Below are positions 38,775 to 48,658 of a DNA stretch of 64,000 nt, piece after piece. The notes under the pieces were generated by a model. That model had not been told where the DNA came from, ran no database searches, and saw only the letters and a program-made list of their open reading frames with translations. Where the stretch lies: positions 584 through 64,583 of the forward strand of contig JAGAYI010000027.1 of the NCBI GenBank assembly GCA_017940545.1, read 5' to 3'. This DNA comes from Prevotella sp. (GTDB lineage: Bacteria; Bacteroidota; Bacteroidia; Bacteroidales; Bacteroidaceae). Position 1 is the first letter of the stretch; each line of letters opens with the position of its first letter. Made by a program: the position numbers and the translations under genes.

Positions 38775-39343
38775 GGATACGCAAGAAAACGGTCAGTCCG
38801 CCAGCCGTCCCAAAGCGTCTTGGACGGGTCGTGGCTATATATAATAAGGAACGCGCGGCCGATGATGTGGTCTTCGGGCACAATAAGAAGTCCTTCACCC
38901 GACTTCCCTGTTGAAGGGGATAAAGCCGCTAACGGTTCCATCAGGTAATAATCCATGTCGGCACAGGAGTAGCGGCCGGGAATCACATACTTCCCCCCCA
39001 GAGAAGACAGGACGGGAGCATCACCCGGCAGTGCCTTACAGCGCAGGAAGAGTACACGGCGGTCACCGACGGCAGACTGCAGCGTGTCAGTAGGGTCGTT
39101 GATGGCAACAATGTCACCACGGCCAACAGTAGCACGCCAGAGCCTGTTATAGGTGAGCAGGCCGTCGCCACCCACTCGCAGTCCATAGCTCCAACGGTTA
39201 ACCAACACACGGTCACCGGCAAGAAAATCAGGCTGTAAGGCATCGCCTTCTATGCAGCAGACGGTTAAAACAAGTGCCCGGAACAACAGCATGACGAATG
39301 CTGTTACCGCGAGCACACATATTGTTTTCAGCGTGTTCCGCAT
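38771..39343 (-). CDS. Short S26 signal-peptidase-I-like paralog lacking the catalytic Ser and Lys
   Basis: GDRVLVNRWSYG, RCKALPGD and VPEDHIIG match LepB boxes. Confidence 0.8.
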   Translation of the reverse strand: MRNTLKTICVLAVTAFVMLLFRALVLTVCCIEGDALQPDFLAGDRVLVNRWSYGLRVGGDGLLTYNRLWRATVGRGDIVAINDPTDTLQSAVGDRRVLFLRCKALPGDAPVLSSLGGKYVIPGRYSCADMDYYLMEPLAALSPSTGKSGEGLLIVPEDHIIGRAFLIIYSHDPSKTLWDGWRTDRFLAYP

Positions 39344-39406
39344 AGGCCTTTCCCGTTTTCAGATTTCTGTTTTCACTTCCTGTTTATTTGATGTAGCTCC
39401 ATCCGT

Positions 39407-40837
39407 TTACTTAATGTTATCGACGAAACGGAACAGACGGCTCCATCGAATACCTGAGATTCCCCCACGGTCAGGGTCAGAACTCCACCAGATGAAGATG
39501 GGTTTGCCCACAATGTGGTCTTCAGGCACGAATCCCCAGTAACGGGAGTCGGCAGAGTTGTGACGGTTGTCACCCATCATCCAGTAGTAGTCCATTTTGA
39601 AGGTGTAACGGTCGGTCTGCTTGTCATTGATGTATATTTTTCCGTTCTTCACCTCCAGCTTATTGCCCTCGTAGGCTCTGATGCAGCGCTCGTAGATAGG
39701 CAGAATGTCCAGGTTGAGCTTCAGCGTCTCACCTTTGTTGGGAATCCAGATGGGTCCGTAGTTGTCACGTGTCCAGTGCTTATTGCCGTTCAGCGGGTAA
39801 ATGTCCCATTCGTCGGCATCGGTATTCACCTCTATGCGCTCCACCAAGTCCTTCCGCTTCGACAGTTCTGCCACTGTACGCTTGGTCATGGGCATGTAGC
39901 CTGTAGCATTCAGAATACTGAGGTCTTCATTGGTAATGCCCAAGTCGGCTATCAGCTCTTCGGGCAGGTTCTGGCGCATCTTCAGCCAATAGGTGTATTG
40001 CACTTCGTCTGGCTCCTTGTTGGGTTTTCCATCCAGATAAACTATGCGGTTCTTGATTTCGAGCGTCTGTCCGGGCAGGCCCACACAACGCTTGACGTAG
40101 TTCTCACGACGGTCTGTAGGCCGGGTGATAATGTTTCCATATATCTGAGGGTTAGCCTCAATCTGCTGACGTCCCAGCCGATAGACCTCCTGATAGAACC
40201 GCAGACGTTGCTCGTTGTCGAGCGTATTCGGATTCGGCCTGTTAGGATATACCTGATAGCCCAGTCCGTAGCAGAGTCGATAGAAGTCGTCAGCCTGATA
40301 GGCTATGTTGGAACAGAGCGTGTCGCCCGAAGGGTAGTTAAAGACCACAATGTCGTTCAGCTCCACCTTTCCAAAGCCTTTTACGCGGCGGTAGTCCCAA
40401 TGCGGCCACTCTAAGTAGCTCTTACACTCCACGACGGGCAGCGTGTGCTGTGTCAGGGGCATAGTGAGCGGCGTCTCAGGGATGCGGGGACCGTAACTGA
40501 CTTTCGACACGAAGAGGTAGTCGCCCGTCAGCAGCGATTTCTCGAGCGAGCTGGAAGGAATGACGTAGTTCTGGAAGAAGAACAGGTTGATGAAATAAAC
40601 GGCAACGAGAGCAAACACCAGCGCATCGACCCACGACATGATGAAGCGCACGGGCCCTTCGCTCTCGCGCCACCACTGCCACTTGATTTTCTTCGTGATG
40701 TAGATGTCGAAGATGAACGGCACCACAAGTAGTCCCCACCATGACTTCACCCACAGCAGGAACAGCAGATAAAGCACAAGGACGACAATGAACTTCGCCC
40801 ATTGCTTCTTCATATTCAATTGATTCTTTTCTACCAT
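39407..40837 (-). CDS. lepB: Signal peptidase I
   Basis: IPSSSLEKSL (Ser), YVKRCVGLPG (Lys) and MGDNRHNSADSRYWG motifs. Confidence 0.96.
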   Translation of the reverse strand: MVEKNQLNMKKQWAKFIVVLVLYLLFLLWVKSWWGLLVVPFIFDIYITKKIKWQWWRESEGPVRFIMSWVDALVFALVAVYFINLFFFQNYVIPSSSLEKSLLTGDYLFVSKVSYGPRIPETPLTMPLTQHTLPVVECKSYLEWPHWDYRRVKGFGKVELNDIVVFNYPSGDTLCSNIAYQADDFYRLCYGLGYQVYPNRPNPNTLDNEQRLRFYQEVYRLGRQQIEANPQIYGNIITRPTDRRENYVKRCVGLPGQTLEIKNRIVYLDGKPNKEPDEVQYTYWLKMRQNLPEELIADLGITNEDLSILNATGYMPMTKRTVAELSKRKDLVERIEVNTDADEWDIYPLNGNKHWTRDNYGPIWIPNKGETLKLNLDILPIYERCIRAYEGNKLEVKNGKIYINDKQTDRYTFKMDYYWMMGDNRHNSADSRYWGFVPEDHIVGKPIFIWWSSDPDRGGISGIRWSRLFRFVDNIK

Positions 40838-40840
40838 TGC

Positions 40841-41554
40841 TTAAAACTTAAACATGTCTGAAATCGTCAGCAACCCTTCGTGCTGCTGCGTGTATTCGGC
40901 AGCCAAGACGGCACCGAGGGCAAACCCCTTTCGCGAGTGGGCATCGTGGCTGATGGTAATGAGGTCGGCCTCCGAGTCGTAACGCACGGTGTGAATGCCC
41001 GGCACCTCACCGCGGCGTATGTGATCGACGCGCAGCAGCTTCGGGTCAGTGGTTTCTTCGGCCCACGACTCCTTACGGTCTAGGCGCTCCACAATCTCCT
41101 CGGCCAGCGTGATGGCCGTACCGCTGGGGTGGTCAAGCTTGTGTACGTGGTGCGTCTCTTCCATCTCCACGTCGTACTGCGGAAACTCGTTCATGATCTT
41201 GGCCAGATAGCGGTTGACGGCCGAGAAGATGGCCACACCGATGCTGAAGTTCGATGCCCAGAAGAGCGTCTGTCCGTTGTCGCAGGCTGCCTTCACGTCG
41301 TCGCCATGCTCCTTCATCCAGCCCGTGGAGCCACTGACCACCTTTACGCCCTTGGCCCATGCTTTCAGATAATTGCCATAGGCTGCCTGCGGCGCAGTAA
41401 ACTCAATGGCCACGTCGGCAGAGGCAAATGCAGCACTGTCGAAGTCCTGTTGGTTGTCAATATCAATAATACTCACAATCTCATGGCCACGGTCAAGGGC
41501 AATCTGCTCAATCATCTTACCCATCTTACCATAGCCGATTAACGCTATTTTCAT
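40841..41554 (-). CDS. dapB: 4-hydroxy-tetrahydrodipicolinate reductase
   Basis: GYGKMG, GSTG, SNFSIG and ETHHVHKLDHPSGTA motifs; promoter at 41591-41598. Confidence 0.96.
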   Translation of the reverse strand: MKIALIGYGKMGKMIEQIALDRGHEIVSIIDIDNQQDFDSAAFASADVAIEFTAPQAAYGNYLKAWAKGVKVVSGSTGWMKEHGDDVKAACDNGQTLFWASNFSIGVAIFSAVNRYLAKIMNEFPQYDVEMEETHHVHKLDHPSGTAITLAEEIVERLDRKESWAEETTDPKLLRVDHIRRGEVPGIHTVRYDSEADLITISHDAHSRKGFALGAVLAAEYTQQHEGLLTISDMFKF

Positions 41555-41600
41555 ATCCTTTGGTTGTTTTGTTGACGACTAATCACGCTGCAAAGGTAAG

Positions 41601-41640
41601 AATTAATTACCAATTATAATTATCAATTATCAATTATTAT
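41601..41640. repeat. TCAATTA-type heptamer tract (intergenic)
   Basis: aattaattaccaattataattatcaattatcaattattat; same family as 33725-33752. Confidence 0.7.
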
Positions 41641-41643
41641 GGA

Positions 41644-43674
41644 TTATCTACCAATTTTCGAAAGGTCGCTGAGCAGCCAAACGTCCATTTTCCCGACTCC
41701 TCGGTGATTCCATGCATAATAGGGAATCAGCTTGATTCGGGTGTCTTGCAGCTGCAGTTTGCCGTCGGCCTGCCGGCTGACCACCTGTCCGCGTGCAGTA
41801 ATCATGTTGGGCGACGGATGCTGTGCGTTGGGTGTCGGTTCTACTTCATACTGGGGCTGGTCGCTCAGCACAAAACTGAAGATGTCGAACTGGTTGTCGG
41901 CAGCCTCGGCACAATAGACCAGCGGTCCACGCTCCACAGCCATCCTGCCACGGTCAGCCGCAAGCTTCTTGTTAGCGGCGACGGTACGTATGGTCATGGG
42001 CAGGTGCAGCGTGACGACATCACCCTTCTTCCACTTACGGTTGACGACCATGTAGCCCTGCTGCAGTTTGCCGGAAACGGCTTCGCCATTGACACGCAAC
42101 TCATAACTGTCAACACCGCCGTTTGCAAAGTGATAAAGGTCGCTGGGAACGGGCTCCTTCAGCCAACCGGGAATGCGGATGGCCAGGTCGAATGCCTTTC
42201 CCTTATTCTTCAGGACCTTGATGGCGATGTCACCGTCCCAGGGGTAGTTGGTCTGCTGTTCCAGTACCACGTCCTTGCCAGCCACCTGTATGGTAGCCGT
42301 GTTGCCGGCAAACAGGTTCACGAAGACACGCTGGTCTTTCACAGCATACATATAACCCGGGAACGAGGGGATGAACCGGCACAGGTTCGACGGGCAGCAG
42401 GCACAGCCAAACCAGGGCTGACGGGTGTTGGTGTTGTCGGCATTGAACTTATACTCTCCGTCGGCACTCAGCGGATTGGGGTAGAAGAACCGACCGCCAT
42501 CAATGGACATGCCGCTGATGACGCCATTGTAAAGTGTGCGCTCCATACAGTCAATGTATTTGGCATCACCATGCAGCAGGAACATGCGCTGGAAGAGATA
42601 AACCATTGAAATGGCAGCACACGTCTCGTTGTAGGCCGTCAGGTTCGGCAGTTCGTAGTCGGCACCGAAGGCCTCGCCTTCATGACGCGCTCCCACGCCA
42701 CCCGTGATGTAATACTTCTTTGAAATAATATTCTCTGTGATCTTGTCGATGGCCTTGATGTACGACGAGTCGCCCGTCAGTGCTGCCACATCGGCCATGC
42801 CGGCATACATGTAGCCGGCGCGTACGGCGTGACCCCACGCCTCGGTCTGCTCCACCACAGGCTTGTCGCTCTGCGAATAGATGTCGCGCCGCCCCGTCTT
42901 GCCACGATAGTCTAACAGGAACTTGGCCTCGTCCAGATACTTCCGCTCGCCCGTCAGTACCGACAGGCGGGCGAGCGCCATCTCGGCAATCTGGTGGCCA
43001 GGCACGATGCAGGCCTGACCGGCATTGGGTCCTACCTCACGGATGACGCAGTCAGCATAGCGCTTGGCTATGTTCAGAAACTTGTCGCTGCCCGTAGCCT
43101 GATAGTGTGCACAGGCGGCATCCACCATGTGGCCCAGGTTATACAGCTCGTGACTCAGGAAGTCTTCCGACACCCAGCGCTTCGTGCCAGCCCATTGGTG
43201 CGGATGCTTAGGGTTAATGGTACGGGCGGTATAGAGGTAGCCGTCAGGCTCCTGGGCAGCCCCCACCACGTCGAGCACGGAGTCGATGTAGGCCTTCAAC
43301 TTGTCGTCAGGATAGGTCTGCAGCACGTAGCTGGCTCCCTCAATGGTCTTATACACATCGGTATCGTCGAACGAGAAACCCATGAACTTCGAGACGTCCC
43401 ACTCCGGCGTTTCCAGTCCTGCATGACCCGGGTGCTGCAGCGTGTAGGCTGCCATTTCAAAGTTCTTGTAACGGTGCTCACTCTCACACTTCGAGAAAGC
43501 CAGCGGTATGGTCACCTCGCGGGCCGCCTTGATGCGGTCGCCCCAGAAGGTGTTTGGCGTTACTTTCACCGACGTGAACGGTACTTGGGTAATAGGATAA
43601 CCCGTCTGTGCCACGACGTGGCACCATGAAAAAACAGAAATGAGAAATGATAAAGTCAATACTTGCCGTTTCAT
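41644..43674 (-). CDS. GH127 beta-L-arabinofuranosidase
   Basis: FDDTDVYK, HELYN, GHAVRA, GEAFG, YNETC, CACC and RGPLVYC motifs; signal peptide. Confidence 0.93.
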   Translation of the reverse strand: MKRQVLTLSFLISVFSWCHVVAQTGYPITQVPFTSVKVTPNTFWGDRIKAAREVTIPLAFSKCESEHRYKNFEMAAYTLQHPGHAGLETPEWDVSKFMGFSFDDTDVYKTIEGASYVLQTYPDDKLKAYIDSVLDVVGAAQEPDGYLYTARTINPKHPHQWAGTKRWVSEDFLSHELYNLGHMVDAACAHYQATGSDKFLNIAKRYADCVIREVGPNAGQACIVPGHQIAEMALARLSVLTGERKYLDEAKFLLDYRGKTGRRDIYSQSDKPVVEQTEAWGHAVRAGYMYAGMADVAALTGDSSYIKAIDKITENIISKKYYITGGVGARHEGEAFGADYELPNLTAYNETCAAISMVYLFQRMFLLHGDAKYIDCMERTLYNGVISGMSIDGGRFFYPNPLSADGEYKFNADNTNTRQPWFGCACCPSNLCRFIPSFPGYMYAVKDQRVFVNLFAGNTATIQVAGKDVVLEQQTNYPWDGDIAIKVLKNKGKAFDLAIRIPGWLKEPVPSDLYHFANGGVDSYELRVNGEAVSGKLQQGYMVVNRKWKKGDVVTLHLPMTIRTVAANKKLAADRGRMAVERGPLVYCAEAADNQFDIFSFVLSDQPQYEVEPTPNAQHPSPNMITARGQVVSRQADGKLQLQDTRIKLIPYYAWNHRGVGKMDVWLLSDLSKIGR

Positions 43675-43719
43675 ATTGTAATGTTTAATGTTTTGTCTTT
43701 AATTTTCCATCTATCTTCT

Positions 43720-44844
43720 TCAAAACCACTCCATCAGCGTGCGCAGGTAGGCCGTCAGCTCACCGGCCATCTTCTGGTGCTGATAGACTGAAGGGTGCCA
43801 CGAGGCGCCATAGTAGAGGTCGCCCGTCTGCGGCGTGAAGTCGAAGCGATAGACGTCCTTGTCCCCGTCCTTGTGGGCCTCCTCCACCACTTCGTCGAGG
43901 GTCTTCTTGGCTATCTCCAGCTCCTTGTCAACCAGCATGGAGCCACAGAGATACACAATCTTGGCCTGCGGATTATGGCCGCGCACCTGCTTGAGGAAGC
44001 GCTTGTAGGCCTGCTTCAGCAGCTTGACGTCGTAGTTGTTGGTCGAGAGGTCGTTCGTGCCCAGGTTGATGCACACTACGTGCGGCTGGTAGCGCGCAAA
44101 GTCCCAGCGCTCCGAACGGTCATAGAGGTTGGTATATTCGTACTCCGTGGTCATCACGTTGTCGGGCGTGCCGGTTTTCGGGCCGTCGTACGAGCGATAC
44201 ACGCCAATGCCCGAACGAGCCACCACGTGGGCCACGGCCTCAAGGTTGCGGGCCGTCAGCTGAGCGTAGGTATAGTAGTGGTTCTCCGTCTCGTACTCGA
44301 AGGGGTCGGTCTTCTCGATGCTCTCGTTACCATAGCCGCAGGTAATGCTGTTGCCGATGAATTCTATGCGGCGTTCTGGCAATGCGGGAGCATCCAGCAG
44401 ATCAGCACCCTTGTCGAGCACAAAGCCACGGAAGTCGGGTTTCAGCTCATAGCCCTCAATGATATACATGACACGCACCAAGTGCTCACCCTTCGGCAGG
44501 GCGGTTGCCAACGTGGCCACTGAGTCGCGCTCACCACGAAAAGCCACCTTAAAAGGTTCTGCCTCATCAATTCTTACCATGAAATAGCCACTCTGCGGCT
44601 TGGCCATCATTTTGAGCGACGTGCCGGTAAAGCGGGCGTTAATCTGCACACCGGGAAAGGTAAAGCGCGGCTGCCTGGGATTGTCGAAGCATATACGGCC
44701 AATGTACTGTATGGACGGGTGGTCAGCCGGAATCACCTTACCGCTAATGGGTAACGTGGTCGATGCGTTACCCGCTAAAGGTAAAAAGGTAAAAAGGTAA
44801 AAGGGTAAAAAACCTTTCAGCAAACGAAAAACTGTCTGTTTCAT
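43720..44844 (-). CDS. SGNH/GDSL carbohydrate esterase (CE2-like acetylxylan esterase)
   Basis: IEFIGNSITCGYG, ARSGIG, INLGTND and WHP motifs; N-terminal jelly-roll-like region. Confidence 0.88.
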   Translation of the reverse strand: MKQTVFRLLKGFLPFYLFTFLPLAGNASTTLPISGKVIPADHPSIQYIGRICFDNPRQPRFTFPGVQINARFTGTSLKMMAKPQSGYFMVRIDEAEPFKVAFRGERDSVATLATALPKGEHLVRVMYIIEGYELKPDFRGFVLDKGADLLDAPALPERRIEFIGNSITCGYGNESIEKTDPFEYETENHYYTYAQLTARNLEAVAHVVARSGIGVYRSYDGPKTGTPDNVMTTEYEYTNLYDRSERWDFARYQPHVVCINLGTNDLSTNNYDVKLLKQAYKRFLKQVRGHNPQAKIVYLCGSMLVDKELEIAKKTLDEVVEEAHKDGDKDVYRFDFTPQTGDLYYGASWHPSVYQHQKMAGELTAYLRTLMEWF

Positions 44845-44875
44845 ATTGTCAAGTCTCATTTTAATCATTCATATC

Positions 44876-46903
44876 TTACTCTCTCTCAATGATGGCCGCC
44901 CATCCGCCTCCGCTGCTCAGCCGGAGCGTCAGGGTGTCAGCCGCAGTAAGTGTCAGCTCCTGACGTTGGTAGTCGGTAGCATCCTTCGCGGCGTTGATGC
45001 CGTCGCTGAACACCACACCACGATACTGCCCTGAGCCGAGAAACGTCAGCGGCAAGGTGAGCTGCCGGGGTGTCCAGTCGGTCATGGATGCCACATACCA
45101 TGTTGTCCCTTTCCGTCGGGCAACGACCAGATATTCACCCAACTTCCCGTCGGCTACCACCGTCTCGTCAAACGTCGTGGGTATGCGGGCAATGAAGTCG
45201 GTCGTCGGCTGCTCGCGCTCGTATTTGGTCGGTACGTCAGCCAACATCTGCAGCGGAGCCTCGAAGGCCACGTACATAGCCATCTGGTGCACCCGTGTGC
45301 CCTGACTCATGGGGTGGTCGTTATTGCCGAAGAAATTGTCGCGCATGGCATTCGTCATGGCTCCCGGGGTGTAGTCCATCGGTCCGCAAAGCATTCGCAG
45401 ATAGGGTGCCGTCACGTCGTAACGCGGCTGGTTGTGCAGCGGTCCGTCGCCCGCACGCGGCTCCCACTTCGAGTTCTCCAGTCCTTTCACTCCCTCAAAG
45501 TTCATGATGTTGGGGTATGCCCGCTGAATGCCAAAGGGTTTCAGCCCGTGCAGGTCGAGCAGCAGATGATGCTGGGCGGCACACTCGGCAATGTCGTATG
45601 CCGAACTGATGACCTGTTGGTCGTCGCGGTCAAAGAAATCGACCTTGAAACCCTTGATGCCCATCGCAGCATAGTGCTGGAAGACGGCCGCTGTCTGTGA
45701 GGTGCCGGCCGTCGGGTCATTGCCAATGAGGTTACGCCAGCTTGACCACAAAATGATGCCCACGCCACGTTCCTCGCCGTAGGCAATCAGATCCTGCAGG
45801 TCAATGTCGGGGTTCAGCTCTTCGGTGAGCGATTCCTTGCCGCTCCATCCCTCGTCAATAATGATGTACTCCAAATGGTTTTTTGCCGCAAAGTCAATGT
45901 AGTATTTATAGGTCAGCGTGTTCATGCCTGTCTTGAAACTGACACCTGTCAAATTCAGGTTGTTCCACCAGTCCCACGCCACCTTGCCGGGCTTAATCCA
46001 CGACGTGTCGCTGATGCGGCATGCAGGTGCCAGACGCTGCGCCATGTCACAGTTCAGAATGTCCGCATCACGGGTACTGACCACCACGGCACGCCAGGGC
46101 AGCGACCGCTGACCACCGAGCTTAGCAATATATGTCTCACGTTCCGTCGGCACAAGGTTTAAGCGGTCGTAGCCACCAACGACAGACGTTTTCGGACAAG
46201 GGGCAAATTCAGCCGCAAGACCATGCTGGCCGTTTTTCCTGAGCATCATGCCGGGATAGTCCTCCACACCGGCATCCATCACAATGGCCTTCAGCCCTTT
46301 CGGCTGGCAGACAGCCAGGGGCGTAATGGCAAGCGAGTCGGCAAACATCCGGCTCAGCGGCACCTCGTCGTAGTAGCTCTCGAAGGAGTAGCAGTAGCGC
46401 TCACCGCCCCGGTTGTCATTCACGTAAGGTATAAAGGCGTCGTAATCCTTTTCGAAGTTAAACTCAGCCACTTCCGCATCCACCTGTTTCGCCTTTTTGT
46501 TGACTATGAAGCGATAGGCCGCGCCGTCGTTATAGGCCCGGAACTCCACATCAATGCTGTTCTTGAAGCGGAGCACTAACCGGCGGTAGTGGTCAGCCAC
46601 CCGTTCCTTTTTATAAAACGGCGTGGCAAACGAGGTATTGACCACGTCCTCTTTCACCTTCCTGGCCTTCCCCCTCAGAGGCTGACCGTCAACCGTAAGG
46701 TTCAGTTCCGACGGTGCAAGAACCGTCGTTCCCTGATAATTTAACTCCCAGAAAGTCTTGCTTTCTCCACTTACGTGAATCTTTACGGCCAGGCATCCGT
46801 CAGGCGACATGATTTGCCAGCTGTTACTCATGCTCAGAGCCTGCATGGCCGTGCATGCCACGCTCCACAATAAGGCTATTGCCCATAGTCTCTCCCACTT
46901 CAT
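44876..46903 (-). CDS. GH97 glycoside hydrolase (alpha-glucosidase/galactosidase)
   Basis: FRAYNDG, WIKPGKVAWDWW, IIDEGW, GFKVDF, FEGVKGLE and GPMDYTPG motifs. Start trimmed to 46903; promoter at 46943-46950. Confidence 0.93.
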   Translation of the reverse strand: MKWERLWAIALLWSVACTAMQALSMSNSWQIMSPDGCLAVKIHVSGESKTFWELNYQGTTVLAPSELNLTVDGQPLRGKARKVKEDVVNTSFATPFYKKERVADHYRRLVLRFKNSIDVEFRAYNDGAAYRFIVNKKAKQVDAEVAEFNFEKDYDAFIPYVNDNRGGERYCYSFESYYDEVPLSRMFADSLAITPLAVCQPKGLKAIVMDAGVEDYPGMMLRKNGQHGLAAEFAPCPKTSVVGGYDRLNLVPTERETYIAKLGGQRSLPWRAVVVSTRDADILNCDMAQRLAPACRISDTSWIKPGKVAWDWWNNLNLTGVSFKTGMNTLTYKYYIDFAAKNHLEYIIIDEGWSGKESLTEELNPDIDLQDLIAYGEERGVGIILWSSWRNLIGNDPTAGTSQTAAVFQHYAAMGIKGFKVDFFDRDDQQVISSAYDIAECAAQHHLLLDLHGLKPFGIQRAYPNIMNFEGVKGLENSKWEPRAGDGPLHNQPRYDVTAPYLRMLCGPMDYTPGAMTNAMRDNFFGNNDHPMSQGTRVHQMAMYVAFEAPLQMLADVPTKYEREQPTTDFIARIPTTFDETVVADGKLGEYLVVARRKGTTWYVASMTDWTPRQLTLPLTFLGSGQYRGVVFSDGINAAKDATDYQRQELTLTAADTLTLRLSSGGGWAAIIERE

Positions 46904-47031
46904 CGTCTTCTTGTTTTTGTGAGTTGTTTCAGGTTTCACGTGCAAAATTACAAAATATAGCTGACGTAGCAAAGCGTTTTTTGCAGAAATAACAAGAAAA
47001 AGGCGGATTTTCAAAATAGATAGGGTGTTCA

Positions 47032-47414
47032 AAAATCTAAATAAGCTCCAGTATTTAACACTTTATTTTTCTTCATTCTGGAGTTTGAAAAAGCTCCTTT
47101 ACCCCCTTTTGGGAGTTCATTCGCCACTTCTTGAAGGGCGAAATGCCACTTTTCCCACCTAAAAGTGGCACTTCGACAGTACCAAAGTGCCGCTTCGCTC
47201 TTATCAAAACGTCGTTTACAGCCCATAAAAGTGGCACTTTATCCTACTCAAAGCGCCACTTTCGCTTAATCGAAATAATGTTTCTCTTTCGAAATTTTCT
47301 TATCTTACTGAATGATAGCACGTTACGAAAAACGCCAAAAACGGGCATATTTAAGACCAAACATAGAGTTGCTGGCCTCCGCGCGATTCTACGTGCCTTT
47401 CTTATTTAGAATTT
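47032..47414. mobile_element. Putative MITE-like element with internal 22-bp minisatellite
   Basis: Imperfect 14-bp inverted ends AAAATCTAAATAAG / CTTATTTAGAATTT (13/14); internal array at 47118-47262; no credible coding capacity. Confidence 0.45.
47118..47262. repeat. 22-bp-period array of AAAGTGsCACTTT pseudo-palindromes (7 units)
   Basis: Cores start at 47118, 47140, 47162, 47184, 47206, 47228 and 47250, with variable 9-nt spacers. Confidence 0.85.
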
Positions 47415-47586
47415 AACAATTACCCCTCGCTGTTAACCTTTTTAAACAGTCCCCTTCTTCCCCACCTGAGGTTATGCACTTACATGGTTGTTTTTACGAG
47501 GTACGAGGTGCTTTCGAGGTACGAAACTTGAAATATTTATTTGTTATCAATTGCCTGTTGTCAAAAAAATTTGTACCTTTGCCCGC

Positions 47587-48624
47587 ATGAACGAAGATTT
47601 TGACATCAGACAGGAACAGGTTTCTGCCTCTGAACGCGACTTTGAGAACGCTCTCCGACCGCTGAGTTTCCGCGACTTCAGCGGACAACAGAAGGTGGTG
47701 GAGAACCTCGAGGTGTTTGTGGAGGCTGCCAAATATCGCGGCGAGCCGCTTGACCACACGCTGCTGCACGGACCGCCGGGACTGGGAAAGACTACGCTGT
47801 CGAACATTATTGCCAACGAATTGGGCGTAGGGTTTAAGATTACCAGCGGACCAGTGCTCGACAAACCGGGCGACTTGGCGGGCATCCTGACGTCGTTAGA
47901 GAAAAACGACGTGCTGTTCATTGACGAGATTCACCGGCTGTCACCTGTGGTGGAGGAGTATCTCTACTCGGCTATGGAGGACTACCGCATCGACATCATG
48001 ATTGACAAGGGGCCCTCGGCCCGTTCTATCCAGATAGACCTGAACCCATTTACGCTCGTGGGTGCCACTACGCGCAGCGGTCTGCTGACTGCTCCGCTAC
48101 GTGCCCGCTTTGGCATTAACATGCACTTGCAGTACTATGAGCCGGAAACGCTGCAAAAAATCATCAAACGTTCGGCAGCCATCCTGGCCGTACCCATCAG
48201 CGACGAAGCTGCCATCGAGATAGCCCGCCGCTCGCGCGGCACACCTCGAATAGCTAATGCGTTGCTGCGCCGGGTGCGTGACTTCGCACAGGTGAAGGGC
48301 AACGGCAGTATCAACATCGACATTACGCGCCTGTCGCTCACGGCGCTGAACATTGACCAGTATGGTCTGGACGAAATAGACAACAAGATTCTGCTGACTA
48401 TCATTGACAAATTCAAGGGCGGACCTGTGGGTATTACCACCATTGCTACTGCCATCGGCGAGGATGCAGGCACGGTGGAGGAGGTCTATGAGCCGTTCCT
48501 CATTATGGAGGGCTTTATTAAGCGTACCCCACGAGGCCGCATGGTCACAGAATTAGCCTATAAGCACTTCGGACGCAATCCGTATAGCGGCAACATCATG
48601 GAGCCAGACTTGTTTCACAGTTAG
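47587..48624 (+). CDS. ruvB: Holliday junction branch migration helicase RuvB
   Basis: [28 protein letters not shown] and RGTPRIAN motifs. ATG 47587 is 5 nt after TACCTTTG (47574-47581). Confidence 0.98.
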   Translation: MNEDFDIRQEQVSASERDFENALRPLSFRDFSGQQKVVENLEVFVEAAKYRGEPLDHTLLHGPPGLGKTTLSNIIANELGVGFKITSGPVLDKPGDLAGILTSLEKNDVLFIDEIHRLSPVVEEYLYSAMEDYRIDIMIDKGPSARSIQIDLNPFTLVGATTRSGLLTAPLRARFGINMHLQYYEPETLQKIIKRSAAILAVPISDEAAIEIARRSRGTPRIANALLRRVRDFAQVKGNGSINIDITRLSLTALNIDQYGLDEIDNKILLTIIDKFKGGPVGITTIATAIGEDAGTVEEVYEPFLIMEGFIKRTPRGRMVTELAYKHFGRNPYSGNIMEPDLFHS

Positions 48625-48658
48625 GCCAGGGGTTCCTTTGAATAAATAAAATAAAAAT

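Noticed and set aside
46904-47586. N-terminal extensions of GH97 and ruvB, and small ORFs 47029-47226 and 47131-47409
   Set aside because: The extensions run through the promoter boxes, and the small ORFs are translations of the repeat array.
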